A stretch of DNA of 64,000 bases from Phoronis australis. Taxonomy: Eukaryota; Animalia; Phoronida. The position numbers were made by a program, and so were the translations under genes. The notes beneath the pieces were generated by a model. The model worked only from the letters and a program-made list of their open reading frames with translations. It was not told the DNA's origin and ran no database searches. Position 1 is the first letter of the stretch; each line of letters opens with the position of its first letter. Where the stretch lies: assembly GCA_002633005.1 (NCBI GenBank), contig NMRA01000030.1:566477-630476 (forward strand), in the 5' to 3' direction. Shown here in pieces: positions 24,801 through 39,800 of the stretch.

Positions 24801-27800
24801 TAATTATTTATCCTTCCAGATAAGGGTTTATCCCTCTAGCTAATTATTTATCTCCCCAGCTAATTACATATCCCTCCAGCTAAATGTATCCCTCCAGCTG
24901 TCAGCCAGCTTAAGGTGTATCCAGTGTGTAGGACTAGCCTCAGGTGTGTCCCTCTAGCTAACAGTGTATCCCTCCAGGTAAAGGTGTATCTTTTCATCTA
25001 AATGTGTAGCCCTCTAGCCTCAGGTGTATCCCTCCAGCTAAATATGTATCCGTCCGGCTAAATGTGTAGCCCTAAAACTAAAAGTGTATCCATCTAGCTA
25101 AAGGTGTAGCGCTCTAGCCAAAGGTTTAACCCTAGAGCTAAAGGTGTAGTCCTCCAATGAAAGTTTCTTACACGTAAAAGGTTTTAAGTTTAAGGGAGGT
25201 TGTCAATTAGTAACCAGAAAATCTGTGTTCTATTATGTTCTGCACTGTATGACGTATTACTTTAAGAGGCGTACCCTTATGAACGGGACAACAACAGCTT
25301 CATACTTTGCCACCATTCACACAGACGCCAGCCTACTTCTCTGTGATATCATTGGTGAGTTGTATCTTATTTATAATTACTTGTTTCCGGCATATCCAAC
25401 TACACTTTTTCTGTACTAATACACTTCTTTGTCTTTTACACTGAATTTTGTTACTTTATTGATGAGAAAATTTTGCATTCTTTCAATTTTAAAATTTATC
25501 ATGGCTGTTCATTGAGATGAATTCACACTCAGGTCTCAGCAGATGACAACAATAAAATTGTTTTGCTAATGATAAAAGAGTCATTGTGGATGAAGGCTCT
25601 TGAAGGTGAGAGGTCCTTGAAGAAGAGCATCAGTTCATTCTACGGAATTAGACCTTGATAGATGTTGAACTTGTGCGTTTCAGTGTTGTTGCAATAACTT
25701 TTTCTTTGGAATCATTTTGTAACCCTGAGGATGATTCAAGACTGATCTGAAACGTTGGACTTTGGAATTCATTGTAATGATGAATATATTTGTGCTTATT
25801 GTGTTATTCATCATTAAACGGACGGAACACCCACTGTTTTCTTTGATCTCATGCACATCTCAATTTTACCAACTGAGTTTTCCGTTAATTGTGAAACTGA
25901 AGAAAGTATCAGCTTCAAAGTTGACTCAGAAATAGCAAATCTCCAACTGATGCTAGTTTTAAATCGAAACCCTTCTCCAAAACACATGGCTGACAAGCAT
26001 GCAATGATATGAATCTGCTACCAGTGTAACTGACATGGCCTGAGGGGAATCATGTGTGACTGATATGAACTGAGGGAATCATAATGTAACTGATATGGCC
26101 TGAGCGGAATCGTAGTGTGACTGACATGGCTTAGTGAGGAGAATCATGGTGTAACTGATATGTGCTGAGGGGAATCATAGTATGACTGATGTGGCCTGAG
26201 GGGAATCATAGTGTTACTGATATGGGCTGAGTGGAATCTTAGTGTAACTGATATGACCTGAGAGGATTGTAACTGATGTGGCCTAAGGGAAATCGTAGTG
26301 TGACTGATGTAACCTAAGGGGAATTGTAGTGAAACTGATATGGCTTGAGGGGAATCATATCGTACCTGACATGGCCTGAGGGGAATCATAGTGTGACTGA
26401 TATGGCCTGAGGTGAATCATAGTGTGACTGATAATATGGGCCTCAGGGGAATCATAGTGTGACTGATAATATGGGCCTCAGAGGAATCATAGTGTGACTG
26501 ATATGGCCTGCGGGATCATAATTTGACTGGGATGTGGCCTGGAATGTTCTGAGGGGAATCAGCAACTGATATATCCTGAGGGAAATTATAGTGTGACTGA
26601 TACGGCCTGAGGGGAATCATAGTGTGACTGACATGAACTGAGGGGAATCATATAATGTAACTGATATGGCCTGAGGGGAATCATAGTGTGACTGATATGA
26701 CCTGAGGGGAATCATAGTGTGACTGGTTATGGCCTGAGGGAATCATAGTATGACTGATATGGCCTGAGGGGAATCATCGGAGGACATAATCTTACTATAA
26801 CCTGTCTAAGCTAATTACTCATGTTTCATGAACACTTTGAGTTTCAATATTTTGCTCAAGATTACATGAAAGCATTTCAATTCCATGTAAGCTATCATGC
26901 CAAACCGTAAGGATTAAAGTAGTTTGTTTTTGAAAATAAAAGTTTGGTACCTGTAGCCAGGGGTGTGGTGCTCTCCTACTGGCAATTGGCAGTTGGCCGA
27001 TCCACCAAATAGCAGGTGATGAGGTGGAAGAGGTTCGCCTTCATGCATGTAAAGAATTGAAGGATATTATATACTTGCATGGCTTACGGCAAAATCCAAC
27101 TGCTGCCTGGCGGTAGTTTTGTAATTGGAGCAATTATGCTGCATACCCAGCAGACTTGTATGAAGCTCATATCATGGCAACAGTGTTCAAAGGTTTTTGC
27201 TTGTAAAAGTCACATTTCTTGTCTGATTTTCAGAGTTCAAAATTCTAATCACGTGTATTTTCACAAATTATTCCAAAAGGCTATTTACAAACTTTGAAAA
27301 TGAAAATTTGAAAAATTTAATACTATTTGTAGCCCCCAGTGTGTTTATGATTGATCTGATTATGTAGAAAACGATTACATCAGCAGCCTGAGGCGGTGTA
27401 ATGAACTTCAACAGCATGCTGTCTCTGATCAATTCTGGCAGATTTCGAGGTACACAAAGTGGTTGCAATTGAGTTGCCCGATTTCGGCCTTTGAGGATCT
27501 CAACGTAGGATTCTTTTCATGTCAGTCAAGATGCTATTCTCTAATTGAACCGGTGTAACTACCATAATTCTTCATATATTTAGCGCACAATATGGCGGAT
27601 AAGAGGAATTTTGTTTTGTTTAATATATCTCCACAACATCTTAGTCCATTACAAACACTTTGTATTGTGTACATGTCATCAAACAACATTTGCTTAAGTT
27701 CCCAGTATTTACAAAAGAGTTAATCAGCCATTGATAGATGGAAAAAAATTCAATTATTATTATTTTTATGCAAAATAGTGGTCAATTACCAACTAGAATA

Positions 27801-30800
27801 TTAGCAATGGTAAAGGTGAACTATCTAAAATTTTGGACACCTTTTTACTCGGTAACTACATGATACTAGTTAGATGAGCTAATGGTAGTTGATACCCAAA
27901 CATCAGTTTTCTATTACAGGAGACCTGGGTCAGAGAGCCTATGTGGGTAAGGTTAACATGGACCAAGAGAGTCCTGACTACTATGTGGAGTCTACTCAGG
28001 AGTCTATTGATGAAACTAAGAGATTCATCAACCAAGTGGAAAAGAAAAAGGTAAATCTTGCCAATGAAGTAGTGGCCATTTCATAATCATTGATTTTTGA
28101 CAATTTCTGTGAACACAAATAGTTGTGATAGATCAGTTAACTGAGACCAGACTTATCCAGCAGATAATCATTTTAAGTATTTACAATGCATTGTCTCATC
28201 TAGTACATGTCAACAATTGTATGGTGACACTTTGCTTATCTCAAAATCCATTAATGAGAAGCAGAATACTGACAACATTGTTCAAAAATAGTAGGTTTCA
28301 AAAGTCGCATTTCTTGTCAGACTTACAAAAATTCAAAAACCTAGCCATGTGTACTTTTCATAAACTATGTTCATGTGTGGTAAGCTATTTAAAAACTTTC
28401 GGAACATGTTTTGGTGGGTCTGATTATCTAAAGAACGATAACCTCAGCAACTAGTGGTGTCCAGAGCCAATGTAATTGCCTACAACTGCATGGTGTCTGT
28501 GATCATTGCAGTAGATTTCTTGGTACGCAAACTGGTTGAGTTGCTCAATCTTAAACATAGGGTTCCTTTCATGTAATGCATTGGTTCTTGACACAATTAT
28601 GTGCCCTGTATCTCGACACAATTATATGCCCTGCATCTTGACACAATTATATGCCCTGCATCTTGACACAATTATATGCCCTGCATGTGGACAATAAACA
28701 TCAGAACTTTCCTTTTGTGAAATGTACCTCAACAGTGGAAGACGGGCATTCCTCTTATGTGCTGGAAAATGTTTTTGAGGATTCTAATGATGAAGTTGCT
28801 ATTGCCCACAAAATGTAAAATTCTGAGTGACATGCGAGGCAAGCTGCATGAAATAAATTTGCTGTAACAACAACTGCTGATCTAGTATTTAGCAATGGGT
28901 TGTTACTTATCCATGAGTTGGGACTAATATTGGAACCATCGAGGTTCTGATGTCTGTTTGTGTACCCTTTTAGAACCCTCTTGTGCAAGCCTGCATCACG
29001 CCTCGATTTGCTATCACCTGCTCATCACACCTGATGGAGGAGTTAGGGAGGCTGGCTAAGGAACATGACCTGCCTATTCAGGTAAGACACCTGTGAGAGT
29101 ATTCAATTTGTTTTCAATAATGAATCTCACTTTTTAAATTTCATGCTCTGATGAGAATTGTGGAATTCAGTTGATTTCAGCTTTACACTGATAGTTGGCA
29201 TGGCTTGATACACAAAGGATGGACCGTGTGTATACTACGGGTAAAATCTGTAAAGGCAATTTTTATATTTGTGAAATGTAAAGGCCTGCTGATCAGGTCA
29301 AGCTGATGTCGCAACTTTCAGACTAAAGTAAGTTGATCGCTAGCGGCGCACAGGTAGGTGGCGAATCCTCTTGTTGAACCAATCAATGAACTCCATTCTG
29401 TCCATTATTTTTACGCGTGTTAGAAATGTTAACTCATGGTACTGAAGAGGGAATCCTCCCTAAAACTGAAATCAAAACTATGGTACCCCGGTTGTCACTG
29501 TACAGATGGTGCTGCGTTGGGCTTTAATATGGTTTAACAATGCTAACCAAGCTACATCTGTATTCATAAATGGTTGTTAATGTAAACATGCGAAATTATG
29601 CAAATGGATGACCTTTGCACTAATGACCTACTTGGTGTGAACTCATGACCTGAATCTTACAGTGTTGTTCTAATTACTGAATGTACTTCTCAGTACCTGG
29701 ACACGTTTATGTGATGTGTGCGAGAACGTTTTCGCCACAAACCTTAAACAACTTACATTCCATTTATATTCATATCTTCACAATATGTTGTGTTTTTGAC
29801 TGGTATGGCGACATAATATCAGAATAAATGATTAGCTTTGAAATTTTACTATAAAGTAGTTAGTGAATAAGTGGTAAAAGTTTACTAATCTCTTAAAATG
29901 ACACTCACTGACCATGAACTGCAGGTAATTGACTTGTACTGCTTTTAGTCACACCTGGCCGAAAATAAAGATGAGATAGACATGGTTGGTCGTCAGCACC
30001 CTGATAAAACCTATGCAGAAGTGTATGACCAGCACAAATTATTGAGTGACAGGGTAAGGTCGTCGACAAATTGTCATTATTTTCCCTAACTGTGAGCGGC
30101 CCTGATAGGTAGGCAAACATTTTATTCTTTATACTTATCCTGGTTCTGCATGCTCATTTTTCCTGTAAACATATTTCTGTGTATCAAAAACATTGGAAGT
30201 TTCTTTTGTCACATTGCATATGTCTTGTCGTGAGCATTAAGTTCAGTTGTTGCAGGGGGAACAAACTTGGTTCATTACACTCCCACCCTGTGGGGGTGAG
30301 TTTCCCGATTTCGCTGATTGGGATATCAAGAGACTAGTCATGTCGTTATCAGTTTGTCTCAGTGATAGCAAGAGGAGAAAGTTAGCAAACCAATGTTTAC
30401 ATAGTCCAGCTCTCTCATTGTCTGTGTACAAAAGACTTCGAACGAAGACAAACGCTCGACTTTCATACGGCAGAAATAAGACTTAACTTTCAACTAGTAA
30501 TTGTATGCTCTGACCCAATTATGTCAAGTTTAATCAAACGAGATTCTTAATCAGATCGTGATGCTGAAATTTCATGGTTTTAACAGTCCGTATGTTTGTG
30601 TGGCCACAGGACGCATTCTGCTGTCATCTCCAGAAGGGGTCCAACATACACTGCTGTATCTCCAAAACCTCTGAATGGATGTTCGTGAAATTTTCTAAAT
30701 ATGCTCCTATCATTGGTGTGTCAGCACCTTTTGTGCTGATTGGAGTACTGCTGTGTCCCCTAGTGACAATTTCATTTTTTTATGTTACGTTAAAGTCTCA

Positions 30801-33800
30801 CCAAAAAAAACAAAAAACTTACCAGTGCAAAAGGAGCTGATCACAAACAAAAAGGAATCTGTTAAGTGCTATTTAGATTATTACTAAGTGGAATTCTTCG
30901 AATTCCGACAAGTATGTTGGTCTGCCATCAAGTTTTTACTTGGCGAAATAAATTTCGCCAAGTATGTTACTCTTCCATCAAGTTTGGGTTTTTTTTTGTT
31001 TGTTCGCACGATACAGGTCGTAATTTTCGTCCGATCATCACAAAATTTACACATAACATGTAGTTTTGGAAGTAACTGGAAGCCTATTGTTTTTCGTCAT
31101 AATCGGATCCAAGATGGCGGATGTGGCAGCCATTTTGTTTTCATTTAAAGGTTCAAATGCTTCTGGGGGCTACAATTTTTTACGTACAAGGCTAAGAATC
31201 GGCACAGTAAATGGACCGGAAGTGTGCTACAAGTATATTGGAAATTGTTTACTGCCGGTTAAAGATAGCGGAATTATCGGCGATCGTGCATTTGTTTAGA
31301 ATTTTTTTGTTTAACCGGAAGTCACTTTCAAGATGGTGGCTCTGGTGCATTTTCACCCATTTTCGATCGTTCTGCAGTCGCATATTTAACGGGAAGAGCA
31401 AATGACGTGAATTTTTGCATGTGGATTTTTTGAAGCATGCTCTTTCAAAAGTTCTGTGATAACGTTGTCAGACTTACCGTTTTGAAGTTATTTGATTTTG
31501 AATTTCCAAAAAACGCAAAATTTCAATTTTTCTAAAAGTTTACGGAATTTTGCAAAACTGCCAGGTTTAGTTTTGAACGGACTTTCAGAAGATATTTTCA
31601 ATTTGTCATTAAAATGTCTACTTTTTGAATTTTTCGAGATTTTCTGAAAACGCTGTTCCTTTGTTGACCGATTTTGCTGTTCGCCAAGTGTTGCTCAAGA
31701 CTGTAGCCTATTTACTGATTTCTCACATCTTCTCTAGTCGCATGTGTGTTATAGTGTTGCTCATAATCGCCATCATCAAAATCATCATCGTTGTTAATTC
31801 CTCGTAGTGTCGCTCAAGATTGTAGGTATCACTGAACAATCAGGCTGCGGCCACGGCGTTTTCTAGAGCCTACAATTCATATACAGGGCGTATGTCAGGT
31901 TTGGCTCATTGTTCGAGGAATTTGTTGAAAACAGATGCCAGGAAACTGCTTTACTTGTAATTTTGAAAGAGAAAAGTCAAGTTTTTACCTACTTTTGATG
32001 CAAACTGGTGGCTGTCATTTGCTATCAACTTCTGTTGTCTGCTGTCCGAGAAACCGTGTGCGATTTCTGGTGGCTGTCAGACAGATGAAATTTGCCTATA
32101 AAGTAGCTTCTAAGGGGCTTACTTATGACTACATAGTTAAAATCTAGAGAGGACGAGCATTCTGAATCTGTAGGCAGGTTTTTTCTTCGTCATGATCGTC
32201 GTTGTCGTTGTCCTCCCCTTCGTCGGCTTTTCACTTAATTTCGGCGAGTGTCGCTCCTCCGAGCGCTCTCGCACTGTTGTCACTTTACCGTGTGCGTGAA
32301 CAGGACTGAAGGCTATTTCTTACTGATTTCTTCGCTAGTCACATGAATGTTATCGTGGTGCTCATAATCGCCGCTTTCATCGTCACGATCATTGTCCTCC
32401 CCATCGTCCTGTTTTTGCTTGATTTTTGCCAATTGTCGCTGACCTCCGAGCGCCCTCGCACTAGCTGTTGTCACTTTACCGGGTGCGTGAACTGAGGACT
32501 GAAGGCTAGTCTTACTGATTTATTCGCTAGTCACGTGAATGTTATTGTGTTGTTCATAATTGCCACCTTCATCGTCATGATGGTCGTCGTCCTCCCCATC
32601 GTCCTGTTTTCGGTTAATTTCGGCAAGCATCGCTCCTCCGACCGCTATCGCAATGTTGTCACTTTTTACCGGGTGCGTGAACAGGACTGAAGGCTATTTC
32701 TTATTGATTTGTTTGCTATAGTCACATGAATGTCATTGTGTTGTTCACAATTCCCACCTTCACCGTCATGATCGTCGTCGTCCTCCTCATCGTCCTGTTT
32801 TCGGTTAATTTCGGCAAGTGTTGCTTCTCCGAGCGCTATCGCACTGTTGTCACTTTTTACCGGGTGCGTGAACACTGAAGGCTATTTCTTATTGATTTGT
32901 TCGTTAATCACATGAATGTCATCGTGTTGTTCATAATCGCCGCCTTCATCGTCATGATCGTCGTCGTCCTCCTCATCGTCTTCTTTTCGGGTAATTTTGC
33001 CAAGTGTCGCTCCTCCGAGCGCTTTCGTTTTTTAAGTTGTGTGATCAGTCATTAGCTGGTGTTGCGTTTTGAAATTATCGTGTTTTGTTAAGTCGTGCTC
33101 AGCAATTCATCAAGTTTAATCCCAAACTGCCATTCTAATAAACATGCAGCGCTATCTATTGACTGAACACAAAACTAGTAAGCAATATGACCGATTAGGA
33201 AATAAATTGCTAAATGACATGGATAGAGCCCTTAATGACCAGACAAATGCTGAGACTCTTAGTAATGCTGTGCTATAACTAATGTTTTGTTATCAAATGA
33301 ATGTTTCCTCTTCCAGTGCATTATGGCCCATTGTGTTCACCTCGGCTCGTCAGATCTCGACCTGTTGCACAAGCGCAGCACTGGCATATCCCACTGTCCT
33401 AACTCAAACATCACGTAATGCATTTTACATTAATCTGGTCTTACAGCAGAGTTCCACTGTGTGTTTCTCAAAGATCTAAGCATCAATGTTTATTTATAAC
33501 ACCATTGTTGAATTGATAAGACTGGTGTGTATTACATTTAAATAAAGGATTGAAACTATGACCCAAAATGCACGTATGTATATCAAAAGCTAAGTTGTTT
33601 TAATAGGTCACAAAGTAGTACAGGGCAATAGTCGGATATAACGTGCCCACTTTTTGAGAACCAGCTGATGCCCGTTATTCAGTGGAGAAAACTGCTTCTC
33701 AGAATGCGGGCACGTTATATCTGCATGGTTATTACCTCTAACAACATCATTCTTTTCACGTTGCACACTTATCAAATCGCCAATGGCAAGTTCTGGGTGC

Positions 33801-36800
33801 ATCTGGTAACAATAAAGCAAAATCAATTTGTCAACTTGGCAAATGTTTCAAAACTTGTCAATACAAATTGATTTTGGCACCGTACACTTGTGTCATCTCC
33901 CAGTCACCAGGATTCAACTCTTAGTGGTCTCACTGTATGTATTGTTGCTTTCAATACCATCTACTGATCTAGTCATCCCATCAAGTGTGAGTCAGTTCAT
34001 GAGTTAAATTCGCTTTTTAAGTTATTTCAGTTTTAATAACCATTGATGTTCAAGCTAAAAACGGCCAAATAAGTATCGCATTGACTTAGAGCTCTATTTG
34101 ACTCGGGCGGCGTCATGTGTAACAAGACAATGTAATAGGCAATATCTTTTCATTTCAAAGTACAGTATTCATGTTCTACATATCAGTGGCAGATCTATGA
34201 TATCACAAGGGGTGCCCAACATTTTGTCTGTAAACATTTGCGCAAAGCACGATTGTAGATGCGCATAGCACCGAATGGAATGAGGTCGGAAAGGGGGTTT
34301 GCCCCTCTCCCGCCAGGAAAATTTTTCTGTTGTTTCCTCTAAAATTCAAGCATTTTCCTTGATTCCTGAAGTATTATCCAAGAAAAAAAGGCAAAGAAAA
34401 AACATGGAGAACACGTCGAACTTGAAAAACTGCAATTATCACAGACTCGAACTCATGACCTGGCGGATAAAACGCGCGTGCTTTACCACTGCACCACCAC
34501 GCTTTCACTCGTAATTTAGCACTAAGAGATCTACTTGTTTATGGTCCACAGTGTTTGCGTGCGAAACCTACTTCTTTTTGTAATGCTTTTACACTTTTTA
34601 TATTTTGTTCAATTAGTTCGTAACAAATTTGTTGTAGGCCCTATTGAAAATAGTCTTCAATTCCCCAAAAGACCAAATCCATTTTTTTGTGTTGGCATTA
34701 ATGACGCGATTGCTTTGGAAATCGTCTTAAGTTAAGGTTTGACAAAGAGAGAATTATGAGTTTCTAAGTGATTCAATAAGGGTTCGATTAAAATTGACAT
34801 CTTACCAGCAGCTTCTGTTTTTTCATCGTCACTCAGATTCCATTTTCTTTAAAAAATGAAGTAATTTTCTTCATTGCACAGTGAAGCAGACAATGGAAAC
34901 TGAGTTGTAGTCGCAGCGCAACTGCCGGTCGTCTGGCATATGGCGGGAGAGCCTAAATTTAGTCATAGTTATGTTACGATTGCGCTGTGTTCCGAATTTG
35001 ACACTTGAAATTGGATCTAAGCCCTCCCCCCCAACACATTAAGACTGCACACATTTAAATCTTGTTTCAGCTGTATAATATTAATTACCGGGGTTAATTA
35101 ATAAACTCAACATTTCCCTACGCTCTTGCTGGTTTATTTTTTGCAGCAGCTTAAGGGGGGGGCCTGGCCCCCCTAAATCTGCCTATGCATATGTACAAAT
35201 TGTCTACCCCGTTGACTCCTCAGTCTGTTTGTATTAATGTACGTCACATCCGTAGTACGCCTATCCACTTCACTTTTTAACGTTACTCATTCATCAGTTA
35301 TCTATTTACAATATTTAGCCTAACTTAATGTAATTAACTTAGTGATGGTGGGAATTTTCATGCCTACCCTAGTGTTAACGCCCAAGTGTTCATTGCTTTT
35401 GTCCTTACTTCATTACTTTTAGTCTGTTCATCTCGGCGCTTATTTTAGCAAAGTCTGAAAAGGCGTGGGGGGCGCTATAGGGGCGTGGGCGGTTATTACG
35501 GTGAATACGGTACTACAATCTGGAAAATTTGTGAACTGGAAGCTTGGCCTTATGATACCAATACACAAAAAGAACTCCAAAACGGACATTGCCAATTATC
35601 GCCCCATGACTCCACTTAACACCTTATTCAAAATTTCAGAAAAAGTCATTTCTCAACACGTTTGACCACCTCTCTTCACAAAACCTCATATATCGTCACC
35701 AATTTGGATTCATGCCTGGTAACAGCACTGTCTCAACTTACAAAAATTATACACGAAATACACCTCCAGTTTGAGCAAGGGTATAAGTGCGAGATTCGTA
35801 TTTTTATAATTTGCGTCAGCTTTTGACGTCGTTCCCCATGATCTGCTTTTACATAAATTACAATCCAGCGGTTTCTCACGCACTCTCTTCTTACTTTTAA
35901 AATCATATCTGGAATATCGAACTTACAATTAGTCCGAATTGAGGGTGTCTTTATCACCCTCATCAACGCCAGGTTTCGTAAATGCTGGACTGCCACAGGC
36001 CCCTTACTCTTTTTACTGTACATCAATGATCTTCCAGACACAATATATTCTAAAACATTCTTATATGCTGATGACACTGCAATTTTCTACCCATTCTCAA
36101 GAGAGAATCCCCATGACTCCTTACAATTGCAAACTGACATAAACAAACTCTGTGACTGCTGGTCTTACAAATGGAAGATGGAATTTCAACCTGAAAAAGT
36201 GTTGATCTTATATTTTCTAAGTCTAATAATACTCATTTCCAAACAAATCCAATGCTGGAATTATGACTCAATGGGGAAGTTATCCCTAATAAGTTCAGGC
36301 ACAAACATCTTGGCTTGCTACTAGACCATAAGCTTATATTTACTCCTCATTGTCACAAACTCGTTCATAAAGTACAAAAAGTAATTAATCTAGTTAGAAT
36401 TGTCTCTCGTCATCTCAACTCCATGCACCTTGAAACTCTGTTCAAGTCTTTTGTACTTCCACATCTAGATTACTGTAACATAATCTACGAATCAGCAAAC
36501 GCTGGCGTACTTCTTCAATTAGAAAGACTACAATACTAAGCAGCTTTAGCCATAACAGGAGCATACAGAGGGTCAAACACAATCAAGGTTCTAAATAGTC
36601 TCAACTGGAGCAACTTGTCCTAAACTCCACCTGTCCATGTACATTCAGAGTCTTAACCAACATAAACAATTCAAACAAAATCCTCTTTGATTCCTACAAA
36701 AGACCAAACAGGAGACCAAGACTGCGGCAAAGTAATATACACACTATTCCATTTTCCCTCAGCCAAGCCTTCAATTGAGGTCAACGATATTAACTTGTAT

Positions 36801-39800
36801 TGACAACTGGAATTCCTTACCAACCAAAATAAAAGAAAGCACTTCAATCGTCACTTTAAAATGCATACCACTACTCAAGACTTGCCAGTCCTATTGACAT
36901 CATTCCAACTTCCTCGCAACCATGAAATAAGACTATACAGATCACGATGCGGTCTATTCCTAAACAACAAGAAATTTAGACATAATTTTAATAATATTTC
37001 GCCTCTGTGTTCCTGTGGATCGAGACACCCAGACAAATGCTCATGTTTTCTTTGCTTGTGACGTATGCATGCAGGGAGCAGAGGGTACAATTTTTCCTGA
37101 CACTCAAACATCACCCCAATGTTTATAAAAAAATCATATTCTGAAATTCCGCAATTGTACAACAAAATTAATTTTTTTCTATATGGATGTCAAGAACTCA
37201 ACCCAAATGAAAATGAGGTTTTATTCCAAATAGTTTCAAAATTGCTTTATAATGTTAAATCTCTTTGTGTAAGTGGATAGAATTGTAATGTAATAATATA
37301 TTGATAACACATACTGAACGAGAAACATTGCATTGAATCGATTTACCTTTCTTGACTCACCTCGGCTTTGTAACTACTTTCTATTGTCAGAGGCCCGGGG
37401 TCGAAGTTCATGACCTTTTAAGAAAAGCCGAGCTATTTTTGTCAAGTAATGCTTTTACTCAAAAGCAATTGAAAATTTAAACAAAAGAGAAATAAAGTGA
37501 ATTGATGAATTAAGGTTTACCAACTATTGTAGCTTAAGACACATTTTATCACGCTAAGCTTCGACCGGGAAATTATCGTCTGCTAAAGAAGTTACCACTG
37601 GTAACTGATTATAATTCTCAAGTCATAGGATACCGACTACCCCGCATTCAAATTGGGGATCGGTGATTTACAAGTGAGAGAACATGAGAGAAATATTTCA
37701 CTGAATTAAGATATCGTTTTTTTGGAAGTTATGCGTCATAATTTTTCATAGTGTATAAATGTCAGTACAATGCCCTTTGTTGAACATGGTATTATTGCGT
37801 GTGCTCATTTAAGTTTTTCACGCTCGATGACGTCAGCCGCTGAGTGGTGTAGTGGTAAAGTCGGTTCGAAACCAGCCTTGGTTTCCCGCCAAAATGTTAC
37901 TTAAGTGAGATAACTAAATGGGTTATTACACGGTTGTATTTGCCATTCGAGGCTAATATTGTGGTATAAAATGATTTATTTACATTCGTAATCATACTAC
38001 AGTAATCTTAACATACATTTTTTTTAATTTTTGTATTTGTGTATAATAATTGTATATAGACTTCTTTGTATTTTTTTAGGCTAGATATAATGCCTCTTGG
38101 CGTTTTCTGGGTTATGTATATTCATTGTATTCTGAAGATTTCGTAATAAACATTTAATACAAAAAATACCTAAAAATAGTATACAATGGTATACCACGGA
38201 GGTCCCTTCTCATGACTACGCCCCTGAAAGTTTGGTTTTTCAACTTGGTGATTTTTTTTATGCAATACAAATAGTGTGAGACAGTCAACAGGTTCAAGTG
38301 TGTTTGGTCAGACTGTTTTTAAGCTACTGAAAAAAGAAAATGAGGCAACGTAAAAGCACTTTTTTAAATAAGTATTAAATTGGCCACTCTGCTACTTTTA
38401 ATAAGTACATGTATAATTAAGCCTAACCTCCTCACAACTTGTTATGTGACTGACGTGTAAGCCTCGGTGCAGGACTGATTTTAGAGCTGTATACTCGGGT
38501 TATCACGTTTTTAATTAAATCAGTTTGTTATATTATTTCATCACAGGTCAGCTCTAGTGAACAACAACATGGTCAAGTACAGAACACTGTCAAAATAGAG
38601 TCTTGGCTCATAACTTTTCAGGATGGCAAAAACTTTCAGATATTTTAATAGACTTGGCCAAAACTATTTAAATGCACAAGCCTAGTAAATTATTCTTTTT
38701 GGGTGTTCAAAGTGACATTAAACCTATGCTTTCTGTTACAAAAACAAGTTTTGATATAAGTAACAAGATTGATTTAGGACCAATACTTTTAACTATCAGC
38801 GTGGTGTGAAGAAAGAACGACGTTCATTTTTCTCAAGTCCTGAAGTTACCTTTAGGCTGCTGAACATGATTTGATCGAGACCAATTTTATGACGATAAAT
38901 GGCTTAAAACAAAAGGTTATTTGAAGGAAGCACAAATTTTTAATGCTGCTTTTACCTTGAGGGCTTTCATTTAAAATTCACAAGCATGTGACTATGCAGT
39001 GGGCTTTGCATGAACTTTCAAATTGTGTATGTTGCTTTCAGGATTCGTAGTGGTTTGATGGACCTGAAGTTGACATTGGATCACAAGGTCAAGCTGGCTC
39101 TTGGAACTGGTGGGTATATAAGCATTTTGGGCTTGAAGGTGTTAACTGAAGTTCATGTACTCTCGAGTTCTGAATAGTTGTACACAGACAGCAATAATGG
39201 TATCAACTGGAAATGGTCACGATTTCTAATAGTAGTAGAGATGGGAGTAATAGTATAGACCCGACATTTTTGCTACCGGAAAAGTAGAATAATAGTACAG
39301 ACCGGAAATTTGCGGAAAAAATAATAATATAGAATGGAATATAGTTATAGACAGAAAATATGTGGGAATTTGAAAATTATAGTATAGACTGGATTAATAA
39401 TATTGATTACAAATTTGAGATACCGTATTCGCCCTACTAAGCGCCCATACCCCTTTTAGGGCCCCCCCACATTTTCAGACTTTGCTAAAATAAGCGCCCA
39501 GTCCATGAACGCCGTGTACATGCAAAAAATGCCTTACCTACAGTTTTAGAATTCTACACCCACATCTTCAATTTATCAATAAAATCCAACAGTTCTGAAA
39601 AAATCATTGTGCGCAGAGTTCGTAGACCACGAGCCTCGCCGCTATGTCGGTATTTACCCGTGACTATACACTTCAAACTTCTGCCATGTTTCAAAAAGAA
39701 TGCAAAGGTTTTGCTGATCTTGTGAGGGGTGTGTCCTGTTATGGTCTGGCCTCAGAACAGACGTAGCGTACTTGTCAAAGGGATTGTATTGTATCTTTCC

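Noticed and set aside
23168-26777. Regular repeat arrays considered as CRISPR-like or protein-coding repeats
   Set aside because: These are head-to-tail minisatellites without unique spacers. They are intronic in a eukaryotic gene, with no cas genes.
32666-32875. Acidic ORF (QDDEEDDDDHDGEGG) on the minus strand
   Set aside because: It is a translation of the ~190-bp tandem unit, and neighbouring units differ by frameshifting indels.
37838-37880. tRNA-like A and B boxes (tggtgtagtggtaa / ggttcgaaacc)
   Set aside because: The boxes are almost adjacent with no anticodon arm or acceptor stem, so this is a SINE/tRNA relic and not a tRNA gene. The same applies to 3110-3232 and 16288-16350.
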